Counted from the first letter of the stretch, positions 17,693 to 26,760 are shown. The stretch is 35,636 nucleotides of DNA from Dehalococcoidia bacterium (GCA_028278465.1 JANQEF010000145.1:1-35636); one strand, 5' to 3'. Numbers and translations are program-made. Notes: a model not told the origin generated them from the sequence alone.

Positions 17693-18088
17693 CTAGCGTT
17701 TCGTGTACTGCGGCGCCTTGCGAGCCCGCTTGAGACCGTACTTCTTGCTCTCCTTCATACGAGAGTCACGGGTCAGCAGTCCAGCCTCGCGAAGCGGCTT
17801 CTTCAGGTTCTCGTCCATCACTGTCAGCGCACGGGCGATGCCGTGGGACACTGCGCCGGCCTGCGAGCCAACGCCTCCGCCATGAGCCTTGACCGTAACT
17901 GTCACATTGTTGGCAAGCTGGGTGACGGCCAGTGGAGCGACGGCCATCTGCGCCCAGGCCTGCTGAGGAATCGCCTCTTCGAGCGGCTTGCCGTTGATGG
18001 TCACGCCGCCGGGCGTGTTGTAGACCCGCACTCGTGCGATCGAGGTCTTGCGCCGGCCTGTTCCGTAGTAGTACTGCTGCTGCGTCAA
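17693..18088 (-). CDS. rpsI: 30S ribosomal protein S9
   Basis: 131 aa. YYGTGRRKTSIARV...GGGVGSQAGAV.HGIARAL...QYTKR. Confidence 0.95.
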   Translation of the reverse strand: MTQQQYYYGTGRRKTSIARVRVYNTPGGVTINGKPLEEAIPQQAWAQMAVAPLAVTQLANNVTVTVKAHGGGVGSQAGAVSHGIARALTVMDENLKKPLREAGLLTRDSRMKESKKYGLKRARKAPQYTKR

Positions 18089-18102
18089 AAGATAGCTCCG
18101 GG

Positions 18103-19101
18103 CTACTTGTCACCCCTGGCGGTGGTCGTCTTCTTCCTCGTGGTCGTGCGCTTTGCGGCGGGTTTCTTTGCCGCTGCCTTTGGCTTTGCGGTCGCTTTGG
18201 CGGTGGACGACTCGGCCTTGCTGCTGGCCGCCTTCTTACGAGTCGAGGTGGTGGCCTTCTTGCGAGTTGTGGTCGATTTCGTGGCCGACTTCGCCGTGGC
18301 GGTCTTCGCAGTACTGCGACGCCTCGTCTCCGGCTTCCTGGCGGGGGCCTTCTTCGGCTCCTCTTCTGCTTCAGCCACATCCGGCTCTGCAACTACTGCT
18401 TCGGCAGCTTCAGCAGTTTCGGCCTTCGCCTTCGCGGTGGTTCGACGTCGCCTCGTAGCAGGCTTCTTTGCGGGAGCTTCGTCAGCCGCCTCTTCCGCTG
18501 CCGCATCCGCCACTTCTGCTACTTCCGGCTCGGCCTCGGCTGCTGCTGTCTTCGCTGCCGCCTCAGCCGCTATCTTCTTGCGCTCCGCAGCCCTCTGCCG
18601 GGCGGCTGCTCTCTTCTTCGCCGCTTCTTCTGCAGCCGCAGCAGCTGCTGCCTCCCGCTCAGGACGCTTCTCGGTCCAGATCAGCTGCGACGCGTGCGGA
18701 TGCTCTTCTCCGGCATAGACCTTGAGCCGTCGGATCATCCGCTCACCGAGCTTGTTCTTCGGGAGCATTCCGCGCACGGCATGTTCGATGATCCGCTCAG
18801 GCATGCGCGCCTGCACCTGCCTGTACGGAATCTCCTTCAGCTTGCCGGGCCGCTGGCTGTGGCGCTTGTAGACGATCTGGTCGGCCTTGTTGCCGGTCAC
18901 CTTAACGTCGGCGGCGTTGATGACAACGACGAAATCGCCCGAAATGAGATGTGGCACGTAACCCGGGCGGTGCTTGCCCATGAGAAGGGTCGCCGCTTCG
19001 CTGGCCAGTCTGCCGAGGACCTTGCCCCTGGCGTCGATCACGTGCCAGTCTGCCTCCAGCTCGTTAGCGCTGGGATTGTACGGCTTTATCTTTGTAACCA
19101 T
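18103..19101 (-). CDS. rplM: 50S ribosomal protein L13 with ~187-aa low-complexity C-terminal extension
   Basis: 332 aa. Residues 1 to about 145 are canonical uL13 (WHVIDARGKVLGRLAS, GDFVVVINA, KVYAGEEHPH). The same frame then continues without a stop through an A/E/K/T/R-rich tail to 18103. rpsI starts 14 nt downstream. Confidence 0.9.
   Translation of the reverse strand: MVTKIKPYNPSANELEADWHVIDARGKVLGRLASEAATLLMGKHRPGYVPHLISGDFVVVINAADVKVTGNKADQIVYKRHSQRPGKLKEIPYRQVQARMPERIIEHAVRGMLPKNKLGERMIRRLKVYAGEEHPHASQLIWTEKRPEREAAAAAAAEEAAKKRAAARQRAAERKKIAAEAAAKTAAAEAEPEVAEVADAAAEEAADEAPAKKPATRRRRTTAKAKAETAEAAEAVVAEPDVAEAEEEPKKAPARKPETRRRSTAKTATAKSATKSTTTRKKATTSTRKKAASSKAESSTAKATAKPKAAAKKPAAKRTTTRKKTTTARGDK
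18106..18666 (-). other. Low-complexity Ala/Glu then Lys/Arg/Thr-rich tail region of rplM
   Basis: Contains the basic modules KKPATRRRRTTAKAK, RKPETRRRSTAKTA and KKPAAKRTTTRKK, separated by AE-rich acidic spacers. All three plus-strand frames are also open here, a composition artefact. Confidence 0.8.
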
Positions 19102-19155
19102 CTGTCTGTGAACCGCCTGGATGCCCGGTAGCCGGGCCGATGTTCGGACAACCTG

Positions 19156-19932
19156 TTAATTGTACTCAGTTTCGCCTGAGAATGGCCCGTCTTTCCCGTA
19201 TTCGATTCTGCTCAGACAGAGACCTTCCGGAGATAGGGGCCAGCCTGCGGCGCCTCGCCGGGGGTTGCTGAGCAGATCACGGACTTCTGCGACCGTCAGT
19301 TTGCCCGTCCCGACCTGCACCAGCGCGCCGGTCATTCGCCTCACTTGCTGATGCACAAAGGCGTTACCGGTGATAAGCACTCGATATCTGCTTGCCTCGT
19401 CTTGCTTCACCTCTGCGGCGAAGATCTGCCGGACAGTCGACGCATCATCTGGGGTCGCCGGTCCGGCGAACGAGGCGAAGTCGTGGCTTCCAACGTAGAG
19501 CGCCGCCACCGACTTCATCTCTTCGAGGTTCTGTAGCTTTTTCGTCCTCACTTCGTGTCTTCGCCTGAGCGGTGATCTCGACGGGCCATCGTTTATCGAG
19601 AAGACGTACTCTCGTTTCTCGGCATGCCTGCGCGGGTCAAAGTCCTGCGCTACCGCTTCTACCTCTTTCACTGCGACATCGTCGTCGAGGTGATAGTTCA
19701 ACGCTTCACGCAGTGTTGCGCTATCGTGGCGTTCGTCGGCATCAAAGGCCGCAACCTGGCCCAGCGCATGAACACCTGTGTCTGTCCGCCCTGCCATACT
19801 CAGACGCGTCGGCGAACCGTAGATCCGGGAGATGGCCGCTTCCAGTTCTCCCTGGACGGTGCGCACGCCTTTTTGCAACTGGGAGCCGTGGAAGCCGGAC
19901 CCGTCATACTCGGCGAGCAGAGCGTAACGCAT
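19156..19932 (-). CDS. truA: tRNA pseudouridine(38-40) synthase
   Basis: 258 aa. YDGSGFHGSQLQ, GRTDTGVHALGQV, FVHQQVRRM. Confidence 0.9.
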   Translation of the reverse strand: MRYALLAEYDGSGFHGSQLQKGVRTVQGELEAAISRIYGSPTRLSMAGRTDTGVHALGQVAAFDADERHDSATLREALNYHLDDDVAVKEVEAVAQDFDPRRHAEKREYVFSINDGPSRSPLRRRHEVRTKKLQNLEEMKSVAALYVGSHDFASFAGPATPDDASTVRQIFAAEVKQDEASRYRVLITGNAFVHQQVRRMTGALVQVGTGKLTVAEVRDLLSNPRRGAAGWPLSPEGLCLSRIEYGKDGPFSGETEYN

Positions 19933-19961
19933 GGCGCGTCATCCGCTTCGTTTCGGCGGCT

Positions 19962-20312
19962 TCACACCAGTTCGATCAGGGCCATCTCGGACGCGTCGCC
20001 CTTGCGCGGGCCGAGCTTGGTCATCCGCGTGTAGCCGCCCGGCCGGTCCCTGTAACGGTCGGCCAACTCGTCGAAGACGTCACGAACAACCGCATCCTCG
20101 GTGATGTACGCGGCGGCCTGGCGACGGGCATGAAGCGTGCCGTTTTTGCCAAGCGTGATCATCTTCTCGGCGATCGGCCGAGCCGAGCGCGCCTTGGCGG
20201 CGGTCGTCTTCACATGCCCGTGCTTCAGCAGGTCGGTGACCAGCGTGCGGAACATCATCTTCCGGTGACCGACCGACCGGTCAAGCTTTCGTCCCGAGAC
20301 CCGATGTCTCAT
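19962..20312 (-). CDS. rplQ: 50S ribosomal protein L17
   Basis: 116 aa. MRHRVSGRKLDRSVGHRKMMFRTL. ATGA overlap with the rpoA stop. Confidence 0.95.
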   Translation of the reverse strand: MRHRVSGRKLDRSVGHRKMMFRTLVTDLLKHGHVKTTAAKARSARPIAEKMITLGKNGTLHARRQAAAYITEDAVVRDVFDELADRYRDRPGGYTRMTKLGPRKGDASEMALIELV

Positions 20313-21367
20313 TTCTCTTCGTCTCCCGCGTCCTCGCCAGCGGCGGCAGCGACCTCTTCACCGGCCTCGCCTTCTTCGACCTCGCTGGTGACGCCCTCGG
20401 GCAGAAGGTCCTTCTCAGACAGCTTGTCGTACAGCTCGTCCAACGACTTCTGTCCGAAGTTGCGGATCTTCAGCAGCTCGGACTTTGGCATCGAAAGCAC
20501 TTCGCCGACCCGGTTGATGCCGGCGCGCTTGAGACAGTTGAGCGTGCGGGCCGAGAGGTCGAGCGTCTCGACCAGCGTGTTGTAGATCTCGGGAGAAATC
20601 CCGAGTCCCGCGGCGGGCCCGGCCTCTTCCACGGGCTCCTTGTCGAGCGTCGAGAAGAGGTAGAAGCGCTCCATCAGGCGGTTGGAGGCTGTCTGGATCG
20701 CCTCAAGCGGGGTGATCGTGCGGTCTGTCCAGACCTCCATGATCAGCCGCTCGAAGTCGTCTCTCTGGCCAACGCGAGTCCCTTCGACACGGAAGTTGGA
20801 CTTCCGCACTGGAGTGAATACGGCGTCGACCGGCAGGATCCCGATGGGAAGCCCTTCGTCGTGGGCGGCAGGCCTGTAGCCGGTGCCCTGCTCGACATTG
20901 AACTCCACCGAGAGCCTGGCGCTCTGCGAGTCGAGCGTGGCGAGGTGGTGTTCGGGGTTAACGATCTCGAAGTCGGCGGTCGCCATGATGTCGCCGGCGC
21001 GGACCTCGCCCTCGCCGTCGATCTCAAGCCGCAGCCGTCCCGGCCTGTCAGCCAGCGAACGCAACCGCACGCCCTTCACATTGAGCAGGAACTCACTCAC
21101 CTCTTCCCGCATGTTGTCGACAGTCGAGTACTCGTGGAGCACGCCGTCGACCTTGACCCAGGTTATGGCGGTTCCCGGCAGCGAGCTGAGCAGCGACCGC
21201 CTGAGCGGGTTGCCCAGCGTTACACCCCAGCCGCGCTCGAGCGGCTCGGCGACAAAGCGGCCGAACTCCTCGTCAGCTTCGAGAATCTTGACGCCCAGGG
21301 AAGGCACCTCTACCTCGGGAGGCGGCAACTCTTCTCGGGGAGTGATGCCATACATGCGCTCTAGCAC
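20309..21367 (-). CDS. rpoA: DNA-directed RNA polymerase subunit alpha
   Basis: 352 aa. EPLERGWGVTLGNPLRR. C-terminal domain LDLSARTLNCLKRAGINRVGEVL. Short acidic C-terminal tail. Confidence 0.95.
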   Translation of the reverse strand: MLERMYGITPREELPPPEVEVPSLGVKILEADEEFGRFVAEPLERGWGVTLGNPLRRSLLSSLPGTAITWVKVDGVLHEYSTVDNMREEVSEFLLNVKGVRLRSLADRPGRLRLEIDGEGEVRAGDIMATADFEIVNPEHHLATLDSQSARLSVEFNVEQGTGYRPAAHDEGLPIGILPVDAVFTPVRKSNFRVEGTRVGQRDDFERLIMEVWTDRTITPLEAIQTASNRLMERFYLFSTLDKEPVEEAGPAAGLGISPEIYNTLVETLDLSARTLNCLKRAGINRVGEVLSMPKSELLKIRNFGQKSLDELYDKLSEKDLLPEGVTSEVEEGEAGEEVAAAAGEDAGDEEK

Positions 21368-21370
21368 GGG

Positions 21371-21967
21371 TTACCTCCTTGAGTAGTACTCGACTATCTG
21401 ACGGGTGTCGATGCCAACCTCGCCCTCCATCGGGTTTGGAGCGGCGGCCACTTCACCGGTGGCGTCGTCTGGGTTGACACGGAGCCAGCTCGGGACCTGG
21501 GTCGTCTTGCCCATTCCGGTGCTGGCGGATATGACTTCAAATGCCCCGCTACTGCGTGACTTCTCTTTCCACGCGATCTTCTGGCCGGGACGGACCTGGT
21601 AAGAAGGGATGTCGACTTTCTTGCCGTCGACCGTGATATGGCCGTGGTTGACAAGCTGCCTGGACTGCCTTCGGGTGGAGGCGAAACCGAGCCTGTAGAC
21701 CACGTTGTCGAGGCGAGACTCCAGCAACTGGATCAGGTTGTCGCCGGTCACGCCTGACCGTCGTGCCGCCTCGCGGTAGTAGTTCCTGAACTGCCGTTCC
21801 AGGACGCCGTACAGCAGGCGAGCCTTCTGCTTCTCCTGGAGCTGGATGCCGTACTGGGACTGGCGGCGTCGCGGCGCTCGCTGAGGACCGCGTCCCCTCG
21901 TCCGTTCCTGCGCCACCATCCCCAGCGCCTTCATTCTCTTATGTACCGGGCCGGTATACCGTGCCAT
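21371..21967 (-). CDS. rpsD: 30S ribosomal protein S4
   Basis: 198 aa. MARYTGPVHKRMKALG, YGIQLQEKQK, LESRLDNVVYRLGFA, GHITVDGKKVDIPSY. Confidence 0.95.
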   Translation of the reverse strand: MARYTGPVHKRMKALGMVAQERTRGRGPQRAPRRRQSQYGIQLQEKQKARLLYGVLERQFRNYYREAARRSGVTGDNLIQLLESRLDNVVYRLGFASTRRQSRQLVNHGHITVDGKKVDIPSYQVRPGQKIAWKEKSRSSGAFEVISASTGMGKTTQVPSWLRVNPDDATGEVAAAPNPMEGEVGIDTRQIVEYYSRR

Positions 21968-22075
21968 CGAACTCCCTGTTCGTCCCGCAACGAGCCTGTT
22001 CTGCTTCGTGCGGCCACTCTTGCCTCAATGGATAGACGCCCCGGTCGCTCTGCCGGGACATGCAGTCAGATCTGG

Positions 22076-22462
22076 TTAGACCCTCCGCTTTTTCGGTGGA
22101 CGACAGCCGTTGTGCGGAATCGGCGTGATGTCCTTGATGCTGACCACCCGAATGCCGGCGGCCTGCAACGCCCTGATAGCGCTCTCTCGACCCGATCCGG
22201 GCCCTTTGACAAACACATCCACGGTGCGCAGTCCGTGCTCCATCGCAGACCTCGCCGCTGTGTCGCCTGCGCGCTGTGCAGCGAACGCGGTCGACTTGCG
22301 AGAGCCGCGGAAACCCATTCCTCCGGCGCTGTTGTGCGCGATCACGTTGCCCTGCGGGTCAGTCAGCGTAATCAGCGTGTTGTTGAACGTCGCGTTGATG
22401 TACGCCCTGCCCTGGGGCACGAACTTCTTCTCACGGCGGCGAGTGCGAGGCTTACGTGGCAT
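22076..22462 (-). CDS. rpsK: 30S ribosomal protein S11
   Basis: 128 aa. [48 protein letters not shown]. Confidence 0.95.
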   Translation of the reverse strand: MPRKPRTRRREKKFVPQGRAYINATFNNTLITLTDPQGNVIAHNSAGGMGFRGSRKSTAFAAQRAGDTAARSAMEHGLRTVDVFVKGPGSGRESAIRALQAAGIRVVSIKDITPIPHNGCRPPKKRRV

Positions 22463-22523
22463 CTACTGTTTCTAACTCCCAATACCCGGAGTAAGTCCGG
22501 GGCATGCTGGTGTGAAAGCCGGT

Positions 22524-22907
22524 CTAGTGGCCTGGAGTCTTCTTCTTGCCCGCCACGGTCTGGCGGCGACCACGCTGGGTCCGAGCGTTTGTCTTGGTGC
22601 GCTGGCCATGTGCAGGTAGACGCTTGCGGTGCCTGATGCCGCGATAGGACTGGATATCGGTGAGACGCCGGATGTTCATCTGGGTCTCACGCCTCAGGTC
22701 ACCCTCGATCAGCATGCCGCTCCGGTCGATGGCGCTGCGGACACGGGCAAGGTCTTCCTCGGTCAGGTCCCTGACTCTCGGGTTTTCTGCAAGGCCGACT
22801 TCGTCGAGCACTCGCTTCGAGGTGGTCCGGCCGATCCCGTGGATGCTGGTCAGTGCAACCTCGAGCCTGCTGTTGTCAGGAATGTTCACACCGGAGATGA
22901 TCGCCAT
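22524..22907 (-). CDS. rpsM: 30S ribosomal protein S13
   Basis: 127 aa. MAIISGVNIP...ALTSIHGIGRTTS, YRGIRHRKRLPAHGQRTKTNART. Confidence 0.95.
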   Translation of the reverse strand: MAIISGVNIPDNSRLEVALTSIHGIGRTTSKRVLDEVGLAENPRVRDLTEEDLARVRSAIDRSGMLIEGDLRRETQMNIRRLTDIQSYRGIRHRKRLPAHGQRTKTNARTQRGRRQTVAGKKKTPGH

Positions 22908-22925
22908 AGTTAATCCTGCCTGGTC

Positions 22926-23039
22926 CTAGCCCTGGGCCTGCTTGTGCTTGACGTTGGTGCAGAGCACGCGCACCGTCCCCCGACGGCGGATGACTTTGCA
23001 CTTCGGGCACATCGGTTTTACCGAGGCTCGAACCTTCAT
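22926..23039 (-). CDS. rpmJ: 50S ribosomal protein L36 (Zn-ribbon type)
   Basis: Not in the ORF track because it is too short. The reverse complement translates as [37 protein letters not shown] followed by a stop. It sits at the canonical position between infA and rpsM. Confidence 0.9.
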   Translation of the reverse strand: MKVRASVKPMCPKCKVIRRRGTVRVLCTNVKHKQAQG

Positions 23040-23092
23040 ATCACCAGTCTCCAATCGAATCTCGCCGCGAGCGGCGTTCTGTGGCGCCAGGC

Positions 23093-23311
23093 CTACTTGA
23101 ACCGGTAGGTGATGCGGCCACGAGTCAGGTCGTAAGGCGAAAGCTCAACCAGCACGCGGTCCCCGGGGAGGATTCGAATGAAGTTCTTTCGAATCTTGCC
23201 GGAGGCGTGAGCCAGGACCTCGTGCTTGTTCGGCAACTCAACGCGGAACACCGCGTTCGGGAGCGCTTCGTCGACCAGGCCTTCGACCTCGATTGCCTCT
23301 TTTTTAGCCAT
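23093..23311 (-). CDS. infA: Translation initiation factor IF-1
   Basis: 72 aa. [13 protein letters not shown]...FRVEL...[35 protein letters not shown]. Confidence 0.95.
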   Translation of the reverse strand: MAKKEAIEVEGLVDEALPNAVFRVELPNKHEVLAHASGKIRKNFIRILPGDRVLVELSPYDLTRGRITYRFK

Positions 23312-23506
23312 CTATCTCCAGATCACTCGGGCAGCAAACGCACGAAAATGCCGGCTGATTTCGCTAAACGTTTGGCGAGAGACGCGACAATCCGCCCGAA
23401 TCGAGCCTCTTTTCCAGTTCGCTGACCAGTTCGAACGAGCCAGTTTTCCGGAGTTTGAAGCTGCTGAAACCGGGCGGTGCATTCACTGCAACTTCGACTG
23501 TATACG

Positions 23507-23536
23507 ATTGTAACTCAAGTTTCCGAGTATTTGTAA
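23507..23536 (-). promoter_or_regulatory. Candidate sigma70-type promoter for infA-rpmJ-rpsM... (minus strand)
   Basis: The minus strand reads TTACAA (23531-23536), an 18-nt spacer, then TACAAT (23507-23512). This is a rare AT-rich patch, 44 nt after the adk stop and about 195 nt upstream of the infA ATG. Motif reading only. Confidence 0.4.
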
Positions 23537-23579
23537 CCCGCGAAAAAGGATTTGCCTCAGTTTGAGCGGAGTTCGCCGG

Positions 23580-24140
23580 TCAGGAGCCGGACTCGACCGC
23601 AGCGACAAGCCTCTGGAACACGTCGTCAGGCGTGCCGGTCCCGTCGATCTCGATCACCTTGCCCGATGAGTTGTAGTAGTCGAGAACGGGAGCGGTCTGC
23701 TCCTCGTAGACATCCATTCGTCGGTTGATCGTCTCCAGCGTGTCGTCGGACCGTCCCTGCTCGGCGGCGCGGTTCAGCAGACGGTTCACCAGCTCGTCGC
23801 GATCGACCTTGAAGTAGATCGTCTTGTCCAACGGCATGTTCGCCTGCCGGAGAGCGTCGTCGAGCGCCTGCGCCTGGGCGATCGTCCTCGGAAACCCGTC
23901 CAGCACCATGCCGCTTCCACCGGTCAGTCGAGACTGGATCATCCCGATGATCAGGTCGTCTGGGACGAGGTCTCCGCGGTCCATGAACTGCTTTGCCTGG
24001 TTGCCTAGATCGGTTCCCCCTGCGACTTCGGCTCGCAGCATATCGCCGGTGGCAAGGTGAGCGATGTTGAGCTTCTCGGCCAGGCGCACGCCCTGCGTGC
24101 CCTTCCCGGCTCCGGGAGGGCCGAATATGGCAATTCTCAT
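23580..24140 (-). CDS. adk: Adenylate kinase (short-lid form)
   Basis: 186 aa. MRIAIFGPPGAGKGTQG, TGDMLRA, VLDGFPRT. Confidence 0.95.
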   Translation of the reverse strand: MRIAIFGPPGAGKGTQGVRLAEKLNIAHLATGDMLRAEVAGGTDLGNQAKQFMDRGDLVPDDLIIGMIQSRLTGGSGMVLDGFPRTIAQAQALDDALRQANMPLDKTIYFKVDRDELVNRLLNRAAEQGRSDDTLETINRRMDVYEEQTAPVLDYYNSSGKVIEIDGTGTPDDVFQRLVAAVESGS

Positions 24141-24153
24141 TCGGGTGCCGCGC

Positions 24154-25515
24154 CTACCTGATGAAGCCTTCGTAGTTACGCATCAGCAGCTGCGCTTCCA
24201 GCTGGCGCATGGTGTCCAGGGCGACGCCAACCATGATCAGCAGGCTGGTGCTCTGAACGATGCTTGTGGCCGCGTCGAGGTTCGTGATCAGGCCTGCGAT
24301 CCACGGCATGATGGCGATAAAGCCAAGGAAGAGCGCGCCACCCCACGTGATACGCAGCACGACGCGCATCAGGTACTCACGAGTCGGCTGGCCCGGCCTA
24401 ATGCCCGGGATGAACCCGCCGTTCTTCTGCAAATTTTCAGCCAGGTTCTGCTGTGAATGCGTCACGAGCGTATAGAAGAACGTGAAGCCGACAACCATGA
24501 TGAAGATCGCGATCCAGTACGGCGTACTGGTGACGCCAAGGTTGTCGTTGAACCACTGCGCGGCAAGCGCAGGGAAGCTGTCAGAGCGCGGGTCGAGGAA
24601 GAAGCTGGTCAGCACCGTCGGAAGCGTGATCAGCGAGAAGGCAAAGATGAGCGGGATCATTCCAGCCGCGTTAACACGCAGCGGCAGGTGCGATGCGCCC
24701 GATTGCCGGTACATTCGGCCGCCTCTGAACACCGATCTGCCGTACTGGACAGGAACGCGCCGCTGCGCCTCGTTGAAGTAAACGATCAGGTAGACGATCG
24801 CCAGGCCAATGGCTAACAGCATCGCCACCTGGAACTCCTGGTCACGCAACAGCCATAACTGACCCACGACCTGCGGCAGAGTCGAGACAATACCGGCGAA
24901 GATGATCAGCGACAGGCCGTTGCCTATGCCCTTCTCCGTCACCAGTTCACCAAGCCACACCAGCAGCATCGTGCCGGCGGTCATGGCGACGAGGATCGAG
25001 ACGGTGTTGAGGATGTTGTCGCTGCCGAAGCCGATGCCGGAGATGGCGCCGTCTCCGAACGAGCCGGCGAACAGGTTGATCTGACCGTATCCCTGCAGAA
25101 GAGCCAGCGGCACGGTCATGTAGTGCGTGTAGCGGTTGATCGTCTTCCGGCCAGCTTCACCCTCTTGCGAGAGCGCCTTCAGGCTCGGGATGATCGGCGT
25201 CAGTATCTGCAGGATGATCGACGCGGTGATGTACGGGTAGACGCCGAGCGCGGCGATGCTCAGGTTGCGCAGCGCGCCACCGCTGAACAGGTCGAGGATG
25301 CCGAGGAACGGGTTGGCCTCGAACGCTGCGTCCAGCGCGGCACGGTCCACGCCGGGAACTGGCACGTGGGCGATGAACCGGAACAGGACGAGGATGGCGA
25401 GCGTGAAGAGGATGCGGTACCGGAGGTCCGGTATCCGCATGGCGTCGATCATCGCCTGCAGCAGCGCTGGCCGTCCCGAGCCCTCGCTCCGCTGGGCCTG
25501 TGCCTGCCTCATCAT
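24154..25515 (-). CDS. secY: Preprotein translocase subunit SecY
   Basis: 453 aa, multi-pass. LRYRILFTLAILVLFRF, GALRNLSIAALGVYPYITASII, GGFIPGIRPG. Confidence 0.95.
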   Translation of the reverse strand: MMRQAQAQRSEGSGRPALLQAMIDAMRIPDLRYRILFTLAILVLFRFIAHVPVPGVDRAALDAAFEANPFLGILDLFSGGALRNLSIAALGVYPYITASIILQILTPIIPSLKALSQEGEAGRKTINRYTHYMTVPLALLQGYGQINLFAGSFGDGAISGIGFGSDNILNTVSILVAMTAGTMLLVWLGELVTEKGIGNGLSLIIFAGIVSTLPQVVGQLWLLRDQEFQVAMLLAIGLAIVYLIVYFNEAQRRVPVQYGRSVFRGGRMYRQSGASHLPLRVNAAGMIPLIFAFSLITLPTVLTSFFLDPRSDSFPALAAQWFNDNLGVTSTPYWIAIFIMVVGFTFFYTLVTHSQQNLAENLQKNGGFIPGIRPGQPTREYLMRVVLRITWGGALFLGFIAIMPWIAGLITNLDAATSIVQSTSLLIMVGVALDTMRQLEAQLLMRNYEGFIR

Positions 25516-25523
25516 GGTCTAGA

Positions 25524-25985
25524 TCAACCGCCTTTCGCAGTGCCGATGACTGTCACGGTGCCGCCCGCCTTCTCGATCTTCTCCCGTGCAGTTTGACTGA
25601 AGGCATGAGCGGAGACGTTGATCTTCTTCGTGAAGTCACCGCCTCCGAGGACTTTGATCAGGTCTTTCTTGCGCCTCACAACCCTGCGCTCGTGCAGGAT
25701 CTCAGGCGTCACATCGTCTCCGGACTCGAAAAGCGACTCCAGCTTCGCCAGGTTAACCGGCAGATACTCAACTCTGTTGAGCGGAGTGAAGCCGCGCATG
25801 TGGGGTAGCCGCTTAATCAGCGGCAACTGACCACCCTCGAACAGGTACGGCACCTTGCCTCGCGCGGCCTGGCCCTTGTTACCCTTGCCCGAGTACGTGC
25901 CGCGACCGCTGCCATCGCCGCGGCCAACTCGACGGCGAGGCCGCTTCGAGCCTCGCGCCGGTTTCAGTTCGTGAAGTCCTGTCAT
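25524..25985 (-). CDS. rplO: 50S ribosomal protein L15
   Basis: 153 aa. LHELKPARGSKRPRRRVGRGDGSGRGTYSGKGNKGQ. Confidence 0.95.
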   Translation of the reverse strand: MTGLHELKPARGSKRPRRRVGRGDGSGRGTYSGKGNKGQAARGKVPYLFEGGQLPLIKRLPHMRGFTPLNRVEYLPVNLAKLESLFESGDDVTPEILHERRVVRRKKDLIKVLGGGDFTKKINVSAHAFSQTAREKIEKAGGTVTVIGTAKGG

Positions 25986-26024
25986 ATCAGTGCTTTGATT
26001 CCGGTCTTGCCTGTGCAGGCGCGA

Positions 26025-26207
26025 CTACTTCTCGGGTTCGACGTGGACCAGGTGTCCCACTTTTTTCAGCATGCCCTCGATCGCGGGCGACTCTTCCTGG
26101 ACCACCTGGTGCCGGATGCGCTTGAGACCGAGCGCTTTCAGAGTAGCGCGCTGCCGCGGCTTCGTGCCGATGGAGCTTCTGACCTGCGTTATACGAATCT
26201 TGGCCAT
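26025..26207 (-). CDS. rpmD: 50S ribosomal protein L30
   Basis: 60 aa. MAKIRITQVRSSIGTKPRQRATLKALGLKRI. Confidence 0.9.
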   Translation of the reverse strand: MAKIRITQVRSSIGTKPRQRATLKALGLKRIRHQVVQEESPAIEGMLKKVGHLVHVEPEK

Positions 26208-26226
26208 GAGTAGTTCGTCGGCCCGG

Positions 26227-26760
26227 CTACGCCTGGGCGGTGGCCGCCTTGCGCTTTGCGATCTCGGCCTGTGGGTCTCGGAGCTGCTTCAGCGCCTCGA
26301 GCGTCGCCTTAACAACATTGATCGAGTTGGAGGAGCCGAAGGACTTGGTCAGGACGTCTTTCACACCTGCCGCCTCAAGCACGGCGCGCACGCCGCCGCC
26401 GGCTATTACGCCGGTTCCCGGCGCCGCGGGCTTAAGCAACACCGACGATCCGCTGAACCTGTAGGTCACCTCGTGCGGGATGGTCGTGTCCTTCAGCGTT
26501 ACGGGGATCATGCTCTTGCGGGCGTTGGCCGTGCCTTTGCGGACGGCGTCCGGAACCGCGCCGGCTTTGCCGAGCGCGATGCCCACATTGCCAGCACCGT
26601 CGCCGACCACCACCATGGCGTTGAAGGTCAGGTTGCGGCCGCCCTTGACCACCTTGGAGACGCGGCGGATCTTCACGACCTGCTCGACGTATGCCGAGTC
26701 TTCCTGGTCGTCCCGTCGTCGGGGTCCGCCTCGCCTGTCCTGTCTCTGATCAGTAACCAT
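26227..26760 (-). CDS. rpsE: 30S ribosomal protein S5
   Basis: 177 aa. [37 protein letters not shown]. The ATG abuts the rplR stop. Confidence 0.95.
   Translation of the reverse strand: MVTDQRQDRRGGPRRRDDQEDSAYVEQVVKIRRVSKVVKGGRNLTFNAMVVVGDGAGNVGIALGKAGAVPDAVRKGTANARKSMIPVTLKDTTIPHEVTYRFSGSSVLLKPAAPGTGVIAGGGVRAVLEAAGVKDVLTKSFGSSNSINVVKATLEALKQLRDPQAEIAKRKAATAQA

Noticed and set aside
17843-19131. Several long plus-strand ORFs (291, 365, 101 and 85 aa) opposite rplM
   Set aside because: The GCN/AAG-rich low-complexity tail of rplM leaves all frames open on both strands. The translations are poly-Ala/Phe/Leu/Arg junk. The conserved uL13 domain and operon position fix the true strand.
19572-20585. 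337-aa plus-strand ORF
   Set aside because: It is antisense to truA, rplQ and the rpoA 3' end. It has no motifs and is a composition artefact.
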